NCBI GenBank assembly: GCA_965222375.1
Contig: CBDCTZ010000013.1
Coordinates: forward strand, 736,001-800,000
Direction of reading: 5' to 3'
DNA length: 64,000 bases
Source of the DNA: Polyangiaceae bacterium
Lineage (GTDB): Bacteria > Myxococcota_A > Polyangia > Polyangiales > Polyangiaceae
Part shown: positions 49,119-58,651 of the stretch, piece by piece
Position numbering within the stretch: position 1 is the first letter of the stretch
Layout of the letters: each line of letters starts with the position of its first letter
Notes under the pieces: model-generated
What the model saw: the letters and a program-made list of their open reading frames with translations, nothing else
Database searches by the model: none
Told to the model about the DNA's origin: nothing
Program-made: the position numbers and the translations under genes

Positions 49119-50932
49119 TACATACACTCCGGTCGAACGTGCTTGATGCCGTTCTTGTCGATGAAGAAAGGACTGTCGCAATTCCCAGCGGGTTTGGTCT
49201 TCGGGCCGGGTTTGGTCTCTTTGGGTTTCCCTCTTGGCTTGGTCTTGGTCGTTTTGGCCGTGGCGGTCGACTTTGAACTCGGCTTGGTGGTGGGCTTGGC
49301 CGGGGGCGGCTCGACCTTAGCCACGGGTTCGGCCGTCGCCTCTGTGGGCGGGTCGGCGGGCTCCTCTGCCACGGGCACGGCCGTGGCCACGGGAGGGTCG
49401 GCGGGCACAGCCGCCTGGATGGACGTTGCAGGGGGCGCGGCCTCCCCGGCAGCTCCTGCGCGTGGCTCTTCGCCCGGGCGATCACGTAGGGACAGCAACG
49501 CGGCCAGACCGATGAGCGTGATGAGCGCAGTGACTGCCACGACGATGGCGACCAACTTGGCCGGGGACTTGTTCGCGCCCCCCGCGGGAGGCGTGGTGGA
49601 AATGTGACTCGGGGCAGGGGGTGCCGTGGCCGCCCAGGGTGCCGCGCCCGGCTCGGGCGCAAAGGCCGGGACTCCGCTCGCCGGCGCCGGGACGCCAGCC
49701 GCGGACACCGCGCTTGGCGAAGACACACCGCTCGGCGCAGACACTCCACTCGGCACCGAGACTACGCTCGGCGACGAGACTGCGCTGGGGCTCGAGGCTG
49801 CACTGGGTTGGCTCACTTGCGACGGACTCGTGATGAGCGATGGGCTCGTCACGTAGCTGATGCCGGAGCCGGTTTGCTCGTGCAGACCGTGAGTGGGCGG
49901 GGGCGGCGCACTCGCTGTCGCGACATTGGAGGCTGGAACCATGTGCACCGCACTAGTGCTCTCCATCTCGCGCACGCGCGCGGCTCGGGATGCCAAGGCT
50001 TGTTTGGCGATGGCCTGAACCCATTCGCCAACGAGCAGCGGCGACGCGACGCCCAGGGCGCGCTCCAGGTCGACTCCCATCTGTCGCGCCGTGTTGAAGC
50101 GATCATTGGGATTCGACGCCAGGCCTTTCATCACGATGCCGTCGATTTTCTTCGGTAGGTGCGGCGCGATGGAGCTTGGCGGGGGAAAGCCGCCGCCGAG
50201 CACGTCCGCGAGCACCTGGGCTTCATTCGAGGTCTGGATCAGCCGACGGCCCGTCAGCCCCTCCCACAAAACCACGGCCGCAGAGTATATGTCCGTGCGT
50301 CGATCGACGGGCTCCCCACGGACCTGCTCCGGCGCCATGTATGCCAGCTTGCCCTTCAGCTGGCCATCCCGCGTGGATTGCAGACGGCCGCTCGCTTTCG
50401 CCACGCCGAAGTCCAAAACCCGCGCGACACCGTCTATTCCAACCAGGAGGTTCTGGGGTGAGACATCGCGGTGCACGATACCCAGGGGATGCGCATGCTC
50501 GTTCGTGGCTTCATGGGCCGCGTGCAGACCGTGAAGCGCATTGACCAGAACACTTGAGATGATTCGAGGATCCGCGCGTTGATTGTCGGCACGCAACGCC
50601 TTGAGCAATCGAGACAAAGACTCACCCTGCACGTAGTCTAAGACGAGGAAGACCTCGCCCTCGAGGGCGACGACATCGAGGGTCGCCACCACGTTGGGGT
50701 GCTGGATGCGCGCTGCCAGGCGGGCTTCGTCCAAGAACATGGACACGAACTCTGGGTCCCGAGCCAGGTGGGGGTGCAGCCGCTTGATGGCCACGGTTTT
50801 CGAAAACCCGACCGGCCCGATCAGCCGACCCAGGTGCACCGTGGCCATACCGCCAGCGGCGATCTCGTCGAAAAGCGCGTAGCGCCCGAAAACCCTTTCC
50901 GGCTGCACTTGCTGCATCATGGCCCCCGACAT
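49118..50932 (-). CDS. Membrane Ser/Thr protein kinase
   Basis: GGMATV, AIK, HRDVSPQN, DFG, YMAPE; TM; Pro-rich tail. Confidence 0.96.
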   Translation of the reverse strand: MSGAMMQQVQPERVFGRYALFDEIAAGGMATVHLGRLIGPVGFSKTVAIKRLHPHLARDPEFVSMFLDEARLAARIQHPNVVATLDVVALEGEVFLVLDYVQGESLSRLLKALRADNQRADPRIISSVLVNALHGLHAAHEATNEHAHPLGIVHRDVSPQNLLVGIDGVARVLDFGVAKASGRLQSTRDGQLKGKLAYMAPEQVRGEPVDRRTDIYSAAVVLWEGLTGRRLIQTSNEAQVLADVLGGGFPPPSSIAPHLPKKIDGIVMKGLASNPNDRFNTARQMGVDLERALGVASPLLVGEWVQAIAKQALASRAARVREMESTSAVHMVPASNVATASAPPPPTHGLHEQTGSGISYVTSPSLITSPSQVSQPSAASSPSAVSSPSVVSVPSGVSAPSGVSSPSAVSAAGVPAPASGVPAFAPEPGAAPWAATAPPAPSHISTTPPAGGANKSPAKLVAIVVAVTALITLIGLAALLSLRDRPGEEPRAGAAGEAAPPATSIQAAVPADPPVATAVPVAEEPADPPTEATAEPVAKVEPPPAKPTTKPSSKSTATAKTTKTKPRGKPKETKPGPKTKPAGNCDSPFFIDKNGIKHVRPECM

Positions 50933-50942
50933 CAGCCTGTAA

Positions 50943-53327
50943 TCACCTCAGTTCGTTGGTCCAAGTGCAGCGGAAGGGCTTGCTGTTGGTCACGTTCGTC
51001 CAAGTCGTGTACGTGCTGTACAGACCATTGAACGCCGTGTCTACGCCGTCCCACTTCACGACCTGCGCGCGCAACTGGGTGTTGCCGCTACTTCCAATCG
51101 ACAGGTCGGAAGTCCACAGTGAGCCGAGCGTTCCGTTGCCATTGGGCAGGCTCTTGCGAATCGCCTCGGTGTAGTCGCGTTCAGTGGGCAGGTGGCCGCC
51201 CAACTTGCGGCATGTATCGATCGCCGCTTCCAGCGTCGCCGAGGGTCGGTCGAAGTTGTCGAACCACATCTTGGCGCCGGAGCTGCCCGGCAATGCAACC
51301 TCGAAGCAACCGCCGCTGCAGTCAGCCGTCTTCGGCCCCGAGTAGGCCTTGTCGACGGGGTAGTACACGCAGCGGTGGAAATTGGTTTGCGTCTTGTAGC
51401 CCCAGCCGAGATCCGCGCTGTGGTTGAACTGGTACTGATCCAAGGTGCCGGTCCAGCGGAACAAGTGCGCCAAGAATTGAGTTCCGTTGTAGCCAACGTT
51501 GTCTGAGCTCCACAGCCACTCGTTGGTTGTTCCACCGGGCATGCCTTGGCCAATGAGCTCCGCCATTTCGAAACTGCCTGCCAAGTGACCACCCTTCGCG
51601 AAGCAATCGTCGTTCGCGTCCACCCAAGCGACCTTGGCAGTGCTGTCCGCGCCGTCGGCCTTGAGGTTGCTCCAGGGCGGGGCGAACTCGCCAGTGATCG
51701 CGACGGGGTGCTTGCCCGATGCGTAGTTGGTGCCGGCACAGCGGAATGGTCTCGAGGTCGTCGTGCCCGACCAGCTGCCATTGCCGCTGACCGTTGGCGC
51801 CGTCGCCACCGTCGCCCATTTCATGATCACATTGATATCGTAGCGCGCAGCATCCGCCACATGCAGCCAAGTATCGCTGCCGTTGTCCAAGCCTTGCTGC
51901 ATGGCCTCCAGCAGGGTGCGAGACCCGGCTAGACGACCGCGATTGAATCCACATTCCCAAATCGCAGAGCCCGTTGGCAAAGGCGCTCGGTCCTTGACGT
52001 CAACGTTAGTGCGCTTGCCCTCGGTGTCCACGGTCAGGCAGGCCTGCCCCGACGGCCCCTGGCAGTTGTTACCGGAGAAGCTATTGGGCAGCGGAGCGGG
52101 ACAAATGCAGCGATAGGCGTGCACGGTCGTCTTGTTCACCGCGCCCACGGCGCCATCGCTGAGGCGACCGCGGATTTGCTGAGTCGCGTTGCGCGGTACC
52201 AGAGTCCACAGGTAGTCCGTATGGCTGGGCTGCCCCACGCTGGCAGATTGAGTGAAGCTGGCATTGAAGAGCTCCGTCGCCGTCGGAAGTCGCCCACCGA
52301 TGGCCTCACATGCCGTTTTGGCCGTGTCGAGATCGCTCGGGCTCCGGAGCAGGCCGTCCCAATCGTTGCCCCAGTCGTCCGGCAGAGGCTGCTTGAGCAA
52401 CGTCTTGCACGCGATCACGCAGTTCCCTCCCGTGCATTCTTCGGTCGCTCCGCAGGTCTTCCCGCAGATCCCGCAGTGGTTGGGATTGGTCATGGTGTCG
52501 ACGCAGCTGTTGCTGCACTTGGTTTGGCCGGCCGAGCAGTTGAGATCGCAATTGCCACTAGAACACACTTCGCCGCTTGCGCACTTCTTGCCGCAGGCGC
52601 CGCAATTGTTCACGTCCGTCTGTAGGTCGAAGCACAACCCGCCACACTCGACTTGGCCACCTGGGCAGAAGATCTTGCAACTACTGTCTCCGCAGACCTG
52701 ACCAGTCGGGCATGGGTTGTCGCACTTGCCGCAATGGTTGGAATTGGTCTTGGTGTCCACGCAAATGGCGCCGCATTGGGTCTCGAGCGCGCTGCAGCTG
52801 GCGACGCAACTCCCGGCCTTGCATTCCTGACCACTGCCACACGGCTGATTGCAGGCGCCGCAGTGCTGAGCGTCGGTTTGGGTATCGACGCAACTGCCGT
52901 CGCAGCTCTCCTGCCCCGGAAAACAGGTGGCAGAACACTGACCCGCGGAGCAGTTCTCTCCACCCCCGCATGGCGTGCCGCAGGTCCCGCAGTTCTGGGG
53001 GTCCGTGGACAGATTCACGCAGGCGCCGCTACAGTCCTCGAGCCCGGAGGGGCAGGAATCCAAGCAGCTGCCGGTCGCGCAGACCTTGCCCGTGTCGCAG
53101 GCTTGATCGCAGCCGCCGCAGTGTTGCGGACTGCTTTGGAGATCAACGCAGTCGCTACCGCAGCGACTCAGCCCCTGGTCGCAGGCGGTCGCACCACCAC
53201 CTCCACCCTCGGTGAACGACCCCAGATCCGACCCGAAGGCGGAGCAGGCGACGATGGAGCCAAAGCCAAGAACCGCAGCCAGCCTGGACAGCCGCGCACG
53301 TAAGGAAAACTTCGATTTCTCGTGCAT
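50943..53327 (-). CDS. Lipoprotein with myxobacterial Cys-rich repeats and tandem C-type-lectin-like domains
   Basis: IVAC lipobox; repeated CVD....HCG.C; four C...GG.L....E...W...C units. Confidence 0.78.
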   Translation of the reverse strand: MHEKSKFSLRARLSRLAAVLGFGSIVACSAFGSDLGSFTEGGGGGATACDQGLSRCGSDCVDLQSSPQHCGGCDQACDTGKVCATGSCLDSCPSGLEDCSGACVNLSTDPQNCGTCGTPCGGGENCSAGQCSATCFPGQESCDGSCVDTQTDAQHCGACNQPCGSGQECKAGSCVASCSALETQCGAICVDTKTNSNHCGKCDNPCPTGQVCGDSSCKIFCPGGQVECGGLCFDLQTDVNNCGACGKKCASGEVCSSGNCDLNCSAGQTKCSNSCVDTMTNPNHCGICGKTCGATEECTGGNCVIACKTLLKQPLPDDWGNDWDGLLRSPSDLDTAKTACEAIGGRLPTATELFNASFTQSASVGQPSHTDYLWTLVPRNATQQIRGRLSDGAVGAVNKTTVHAYRCICPAPLPNSFSGNNCQGPSGQACLTVDTEGKRTNVDVKDRAPLPTGSAIWECGFNRGRLAGSRTLLEAMQQGLDNGSDTWLHVADAARYDINVIMKWATVATAPTVSGNGSWSGTTTSRPFRCAGTNYASGKHPVAITGEFAPPWSNLKADGADSTAKVAWVDANDDCFAKGGHLAGSFEMAELIGQGMPGGTTNEWLWSSDNVGYNGTQFLAHLFRWTGTLDQYQFNHSADLGWGYKTQTNFHRCVYYPVDKAYSGPKTADCSGGCFEVALPGSSGAKMWFDNFDRPSATLEAAIDTCRKLGGHLPTERDYTEAIRKSLPNGNGTLGSLWTSDLSIGSSGNTQLRAQVVKWDGVDTAFNGLYSTYTTWTNVTNSKPFRCTWTNELR

Positions 53328-53397
53328 TTGCTTGGGGTCTCAGCTTACCCCGAGGCGAGCCCGCAGGCGACTAGTTGCCGCCGTTTCGACGGCGCGC

Positions 53398-53899
53398 TCA
53401 CGGCGGCACATTTGTCCACCTTTTGCGACATTGGCGCACGCCGTGGCAGCCGCACCCCGCGGCGCGAGGACCACAAAACCCGGTTGATTTCAGGAATGGT
53501 TCAGCTACCGGCTTGAGGCCGTGCTCTGCCATGTACTGCATCATCATCTTAGCCAGCCCTTCCGGGGGAGCGACCTCGGGCTCTTCGATCGAGTCCTTTT
53601 CGTTCTCGAAACGCAGAACACCCAGTTCGTCGCAAGCATCGCGCACCCGCAGCGCAAGCGGATCATGGCGTTTGAGGTTGGGCACGATACTTGGAAAACA
53701 CCATCAACCCCCATGGACCAGTCCAGGTCCGACGCGTTCCAAGTGGCAGCCTTGCCCTTTCGTACAGAACGAGCAGCTTCTGCTGCTTCAAGAAGTACTC
53801 CCGGTCGAAGACTGTGTCGTTCGTTGCGCGCACCGACTGTTCGGACGCCAATAGCTGGCAACGGAACTGGGTCTTCCGCTCGTAGTCCGTCGAGCGCAC
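53398..53899 (-). pseudogene. Ferritin-like (AurF-type diiron) gene remnant, internally deleted and frameshifted
   Basis: Three frames give LLVLYE / KGKAATWNASDLDWS / VFSK / IVPNLKR...LGVLRFE: N- and C-terminal family motifs without the ExxH core. Confidence 0.55.
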
Positions 53900-53960
53900 A
53901 ATAGCGCGGACCTAAGGCCGGGGACACTGACGGCCACCGCGTCACCCTAGACGCGAGCGA

Positions 53961-55451
53961 CTAATTCTTCAGACGATTGCCGCGCGCGTCGAAGCGCAGC
54001 ACTGGGAGCTTCAATCCCTCCAACGTCGGTTGAACGCTCTTGGCGTCTCCAGAGACGACCAAGACGAACTCCTTCTTGTCGCAGTACTTCTTCGCCAGTG
54101 CGTTCGCCGCAGCGGCGGTAACGGCTTCGACTTTACGCGGGTACTGGGAAAGCCAATCTAGAGATCTGCCGTAGACAGGCAGGTCAGCGAGCTCGCTGGC
54201 GACCCCGTTGTTGGACTCGAAACGACCCGGGTAGCCCAACAACAGGCCACCGACGGATTCCCCACGCTCTGTGCTGGTTATCGGGCGACTGCTGCAAACC
54301 TCGTCCAGCTCGCGCAGGATCTCGTCCAAACTGGCCCGCGTCGTCTCCCGTTTGACACTGGCGGCGATGGCGAAATAGCCGACCCCAGGGAAGCGGCGAA
54401 ACGTGCTGCGGGCGCCGTAGGTGTAGCCCTTGTCCTCCCGCAGGTTCATGTTGACTCTGCTAGTGAAAGCGCCTCCGAATGTTCGGTTGAAAACGAGAGC
54501 TGGAAAGTACTCATCAGACTTCATGCCGGTGGCGCGCCGGGCCACTGCGATGGCGCTTTGGGACGCCTTCGGGTGATCCACAAGATAGATCCCCTTCTCG
54601 ACGGGCGCCGTCGCTAGCTTCGCCGTCTTGACCTTGGACTCGCCCTTCCAGTCCGCAAAGTGTTTCTCCAAAGCTTTGACGGCGCTGTTCTGGTCGATAC
54701 CACCGACAACCACGAAGGCGGCCCCATCGGGCTGGAAAAGTGCCCGGTACTGTCGCTTCACATCGCGCAGGTACAGGCGCTTCAGGGTCTGATGCGTGCC
54801 TTGAGGAAGAGCACCGCCGTATCCATCCCCGAACAGCGCCTTGCGAAGAGCGACGGCCCTGGTATGGGGCGGCTTTGATTCGTCGGTCAACGCGTTGGCG
54901 AGACGTTGGTCTTTTCTGCGTGCAAACTCATTGGCATCCAACGCGGGCCGCCGAACGATGTCGGCGAGCAGCGCCACGGAAGGCTCGAAGTTCTCAGCAA
55001 TCAGATTCATGCGCAGCGAGACGTGGTCCACCCCAGCGCTTCCGCCGTAATCCGTACCCAACCGCTGCAGCGCCTCGCTCAGCGCGAGGGCGTTTTTCCC
55101 ACCCGCGCCTTCATCCAGCATGTCCGTGGTGAGCAGCGTGAGGCCCGCCTTGCCCTTGGGATCCGTCGCTGCCCCCCGGGGCAGCACCAAGAGCAGAGTG
55201 ACGAGCGGCGTAGCACCTTGCCGAAGAAAGTACAGAGGCGTTCCGCTGGACAACTTGATCTTCTGCGGCGAGGGCAGAACCCAAGCTGGCCTGGGGCCGG
55301 GGTCTGGCAGCTTGGCGCGATCAGCGACAGGCGGCGCCTCGACCGGAGCCGTGGGCGCTGGCGCCGGCTGGATCGGGGGGGAGGTTTCCGGCGGTGGCGC
55401 GCCGGCGCAAGACGCCAGGAGCAAGGCGCTGAGAGCGTGCGTTGCCTTCAC
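53961..55451 (-). CDS. M16 peptidase family, non-catalytic subunit (lipoprotein)
   Basis: LASC lipobox; SRVNMNLREDKGYTYG; lacks HxxEH; GTG overlaps the upstream TGA. Confidence 0.88.
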   Translation of the reverse strand: MKATHALSALLLASCAGAPPPETSPPIQPAPAPTAPVEAPPVADRAKLPDPGPRPAWVLPSPQKIKLSSGTPLYFLRQGATPLVTLLLVLPRGAATDPKGKAGLTLLTTDMLDEGAGGKNALALSEALQRLGTDYGGSAGVDHVSLRMNLIAENFEPSVALLADIVRRPALDANEFARRKDQRLANALTDESKPPHTRAVALRKALFGDGYGGALPQGTHQTLKRLYLRDVKRQYRALFQPDGAAFVVVGGIDQNSAVKALEKHFADWKGESKVKTAKLATAPVEKGIYLVDHPKASQSAIAVARRATGMKSDEYFPALVFNRTFGGAFTSRVNMNLREDKGYTYGARSTFRRFPGVGYFAIAASVKRETTRASLDEILRELDEVCSSRPITSTERGESVGGLLLGYPGRFESNNGVASELADLPVYGRSLDWLSQYPRKVEAVTAAAANALAKKYCDKKEFVLVVSGDAKSVQPTLEGLKLPVLRFDARGNRLKN

Positions 55452-56797
55452 TTGGAACCTCCCGCCTTTGGCCCGGGCACGATGTCGAGCCGTACATGCC
55501 CGTCCAGCTTGAGCCACTGTTTTGCCGCCGAGTGCACTTGGCTGGACGTGGGCTGCGTGTAGCGAGCTAGGTCCTTGGCCAGGAAGTCTGCGTTGCCCGT
55601 GTACTGGTAGTAGGTCGCCAGGGTGGACGCGCGGGAGACCACGCTTTCCAAACGTTGAAAGAAGTCCTTCTTGTAGCCGTTCTTGGCTCTGGCCAGCTCG
55701 TCAGCTGTCGGCGGTGTTGCCAAGGCGTCGGTGAGCGCTTTCCTCAACGCCTTCTCCAACTTCTCGACGCTGACTTTGGGTGCGGCAGTGGCCCGCACGA
55801 CGTAGAAGCTGCCCAAGCGCATCGACGCTTGAAAGGCAGCAACGTCCTTGGCCACCTTTTGTTCGTAGACCAGTGGCTTGTAAAGGCGGCTAGTCTTCCC
55901 CCGGGACAGCACGCTCGAGAGCAAATCCAGTTCTGCATCCCCCTTGGCGAAAAGGGCTGGCGTCGGCCAGGCGAACATAACGCGGGGCAGCGGTACGTCA
56001 TCAGTGGTCGTGACGTGCTTGACCTTGGTCAGACGGGGCAACGCGGACTTGGGAACAACCGCACGTTTACCAGGTGCCGCTGCACCGAAGTACTTCTTGA
56101 CCATCGCCTTAACCTGTTCGGTCTTGAAGTCGCCGACCACGGTTACGACGGCGTTGGCGGGAGCGTAGTACTCCCGAAAGAAGCCCTTCACGTCAGCGAG
56201 GGACGCGGCGGTCAGGTCCTTGTGGGAGCCGATCACTGGCTCGTGATAGGGATGCCCCTGAGGAAAAACGTTCTTCGTCAGGTGTATCCAACTCATACCG
56301 TAGGGCACGTTTTCGTAGCGTTGGCGTCGCTCGTTCTTCACCACATCACGTTGGTTGTCGAGCCCGCCCTGGGTCAGCGCAGGAAGCATGTGCAGCATGC
56401 GGTCCGACTCCATCCAAAGCGCCAACTCTAAGTAGTTTGATGGCACGCGTTCGTAGTAGTTGGTGCGATCCTGATTCGTCGTGCCGTTGACCTTCGCTCC
56501 AATGGGCTCGAAGGGCTTGAAGTACTCGTCGTTGTAGTTCTGCGAGCCTTGGAACATCAGGTGTTCGAAGAGATGTGCGAAACCACTACGCCCCGGGCGC
56601 TCGTGGCTGGAACCGACGAGGTAGCGAACTTCGACCGCCACGACGGGGAGTCGGCGGTCCTGGCTCAACAGGACCGTCAGGCCATTGCCGAGCTGATACT
56701 GCTCTACCGAAAGCTTGGGGGCAGATGCAGATGGCGCCGCCATGGCGGACGCCGACAGCGTCGCAAGCGCCAGGGCGAGCGGGACATGAAACTTCAT
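55448..56797 (-). CDS. M16 (pitrilysin) zinc peptidase, catalytic subunit
   Basis: GFAHLFEHLMFQGS, NGTTNQDRTNY, VKNERR. Confidence 0.93.
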   Translation of the reverse strand: MKFHVPLALALATLSASAMAAPSASAPKLSVEQYQLGNGLTVLLSQDRRLPVVAVEVRYLVGSSHERPGRSGFAHLFEHLMFQGSQNYNDEYFKPFEPIGAKVNGTTNQDRTNYYERVPSNYLELALWMESDRMLHMLPALTQGGLDNQRDVVKNERRQRYENVPYGMSWIHLTKNVFPQGHPYHEPVIGSHKDLTAASLADVKGFFREYYAPANAVVTVVGDFKTEQVKAMVKKYFGAAAPGKRAVVPKSALPRLTKVKHVTTTDDVPLPRVMFAWPTPALFAKGDAELDLLSSVLSRGKTSRLYKPLVYEQKVAKDVAAFQASMRLGSFYVVRATAAPKVSVEKLEKALRKALTDALATPPTADELARAKNGYKKDFFQRLESVVSRASTLATYYQYTGNADFLAKDLARYTQPTSSQVHSAAKQWLKLDGHVRLDIVPGPKAGGSK

Positions 56798-56979
56798 CTC
56801 CGAGACTCCTTTCGGCCCGAGGCCGGGCCGGCAGCGCACGAAAGCCGCCCAAACGCATCGCCGTCAAGCCCGATGGTCCATTCTTATTCTTGAAGGTAGA
56901 TCTTGGAGCGACAACCGTACAAGCGGCGTGCGCCGGGGCCGGAGGCTGCGGAGCCTGACCTCTGAAGGGTCGTATAGCC

Positions 56980-57480
56980 ATGAAAATTCAAATACTTAGA
57001 GCCGCGACGGTGGGCGCTGGCCTGCTCCTCGCGATGGGCTGCACCACCAAGGGCGCCGGGGGCGGACTTCCCGACGGCGGAACTGCCACGGGTGGCGGAG
57101 GTGGCACGAAGGAGGGCGGCTCGGGCGCGTTTGGCGCGTTCGGAGGCGGCTCCGGGAAGGGCGGAGGCGCAGGCAGCGGTGGGGCCGCTGGCGGCGGAGC
57201 TGGATTTGCCGGCGCGTCCGGCGGAGGGGGCTCAGCCGGCTTTGCGGGCGGCGGCGCCGGATTCGCGGGTTCGGGAGGCGGCAGCGCAGGCTTCGCAGGC
57301 GGAAGTGCCGGATTCGCGGGCTCGGCTGGCGGCAGCGCCGGCTTTGCAGGTGCCGGCGGAGGCGGCGCCAACAGCTGCAAGGGCAACTGCGGCAAGCAAG
57401 CTCCCGGTGGCTGCTACTGCGACGCCGGGTGCGAGGGCGCGGGCGACTGCTGCGCGGACAAGGCTCAGTACTGCTCCTAG
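56980..57480 (+). CDS. Gly-rich lipoprotein with somatomedin-B-like C-terminal domain
   Basis: AMGC lipobox; AGFAG repeats; SCKGNCG...CYCD..C...GDCC.D. Confidence 0.75.
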   Translation: MKIQILRAATVGAGLLLAMGCTTKGAGGGLPDGGTATGGGGGTKEGGSGAFGAFGGGSGKGGGAGSGGAAGGGAGFAGASGGGGSAGFAGGGAGFAGSGGGSAGFAGGSAGFAGSAGGSAGFAGAGGGGANSCKGNCGKQAPGGCYCDAGCEGAGDCCADKAQYCS

Positions 57481-57516
57481 CGAGCCCGTGAGCTGATGGA
57501 GACGGCGAGCTGGAAC

Positions 57517-58647
57517 TCAGCGCGCCGTTTCCGGTTGGACGTCCGTGGTTGCACCTCGAGCAGCAATGACGCTCGCGCGCCAAACCACCAGCAACGGTGC
57601 CGCCACCGCGACGACGACCGCCAGCAACGGTTGTCGCAGCACTCCCAAGGCGAGCAGTGCCGCGACCAGCAACAAACAAAAGACACGCACCGCGACGTAG
57701 CGAGCTCTTCGCGCATCACTGCGCCCGAAAAGCATCACATCCGTTGGCCAAAACACGACAAGTGCCTCATTGAAGCGTAGTTCCGGCACCTGGCTCAGCG
57801 CCGCCACAGACCAGATAGCCAGCGCCAATAGCCCCAGCACTGAACCGACGACGGCGCATGCCGCGCGCCGAAGAGCTGGGCACCGCAGCATCAACCAGGA
57901 GGCTAGCGCCAGGCCACCGCCGGCGCTCAGGTGCCAGGGCGGAGTCTGTGACTGCTCCGCAGAAAACGCTGGACCGCGTCGAGTGTAGATGACCTCGGGT
58001 TCCGAGCCGTACTGCGTGCGCACCTGCTCGCGCAGTACGTCAGGCAAGAACATACCGTCCCACTTTTGCAGCGGTGCATCTGCACCGCGCCCAACCACCA
58101 GGTCAGCGATGGCAACTAGCCCAGTTTCGCCCGAGAGCCGCGCTTTGCCCAAGCTACGAAAGGACTCTGGGATCGCACCCTGGCTGGCTTTGCGAAACGC
58201 TCCGGCGGAAGCCTCATCCAAAACGTCTCGAACCCGAGTAGCACAGTTGTCGCGGAAGTGGTGATACACGTAGGTGCGGTTTTCTGGCAGCGCATCATGT
58301 TCGAGTCGCTTCGAGATGGCGCGCGCAACCTCTGGTGGCAGAGAGAGCCGCTGCCGCCACACGCTTCGGTCATGCTTGACGTATTGGCGCAGCATTCGAT
58401 CACGCTCCCAAACGCTGACCCAAAACTTCGCATCACCACGTAAGAACGCGTAGCCGAGTTCCTCGGGCGGCGATCCGAAGTCCGTCGTGCCATAGTTGAA
58501 ACAGCGGGAGCGCCCGTGCTCGGTCGCGCAAATTGCCGCGTGCCCGAATCGCTCGAACAGGTGCTGCCCCTGCCCCATCGTGTACACGTCGATCTGGAGA
58601 GCAGCAGATGTCGCCGCCAGGAGCGTGAGCGGAAGGGCTGTTGGCAT
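57517..58647 (-). CDS. DUF4105 (Lnb-like lipoprotein N-acyltransferase family) membrane protein
   Basis: FGHAAI, FNYG, YHHFRDNCAT, MFLP motifs; C-terminal TMs. Confidence 0.8.
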   Translation of the reverse strand: MPTALPLTLLAATSAALQIDVYTMGQGQHLFERFGHAAICATEHGRSRCFNYGTTDFGSPPEELGYAFLRGDAKFWVSVWERDRMLRQYVKHDRSVWRQRLSLPPEVARAISKRLEHDALPENRTYVYHHFRDNCATRVRDVLDEASAGAFRKASQGAIPESFRSLGKARLSGETGLVAIADLVVGRGADAPLQKWDGMFLPDVLREQVRTQYGSEPEVIYTRRGPAFSAEQSQTPPWHLSAGGGLALASWLMLRCPALRRAACAVVGSVLGLLALAIWSVAALSQVPELRFNEALVVFWPTDVMLFGRSDARRARYVAVRVFCLLLVAALLALGVLRQPLLAVVVAVAAPLLVVWRASVIAARGATTDVQPETAR

Positions 58648-58651
58648 CGAG

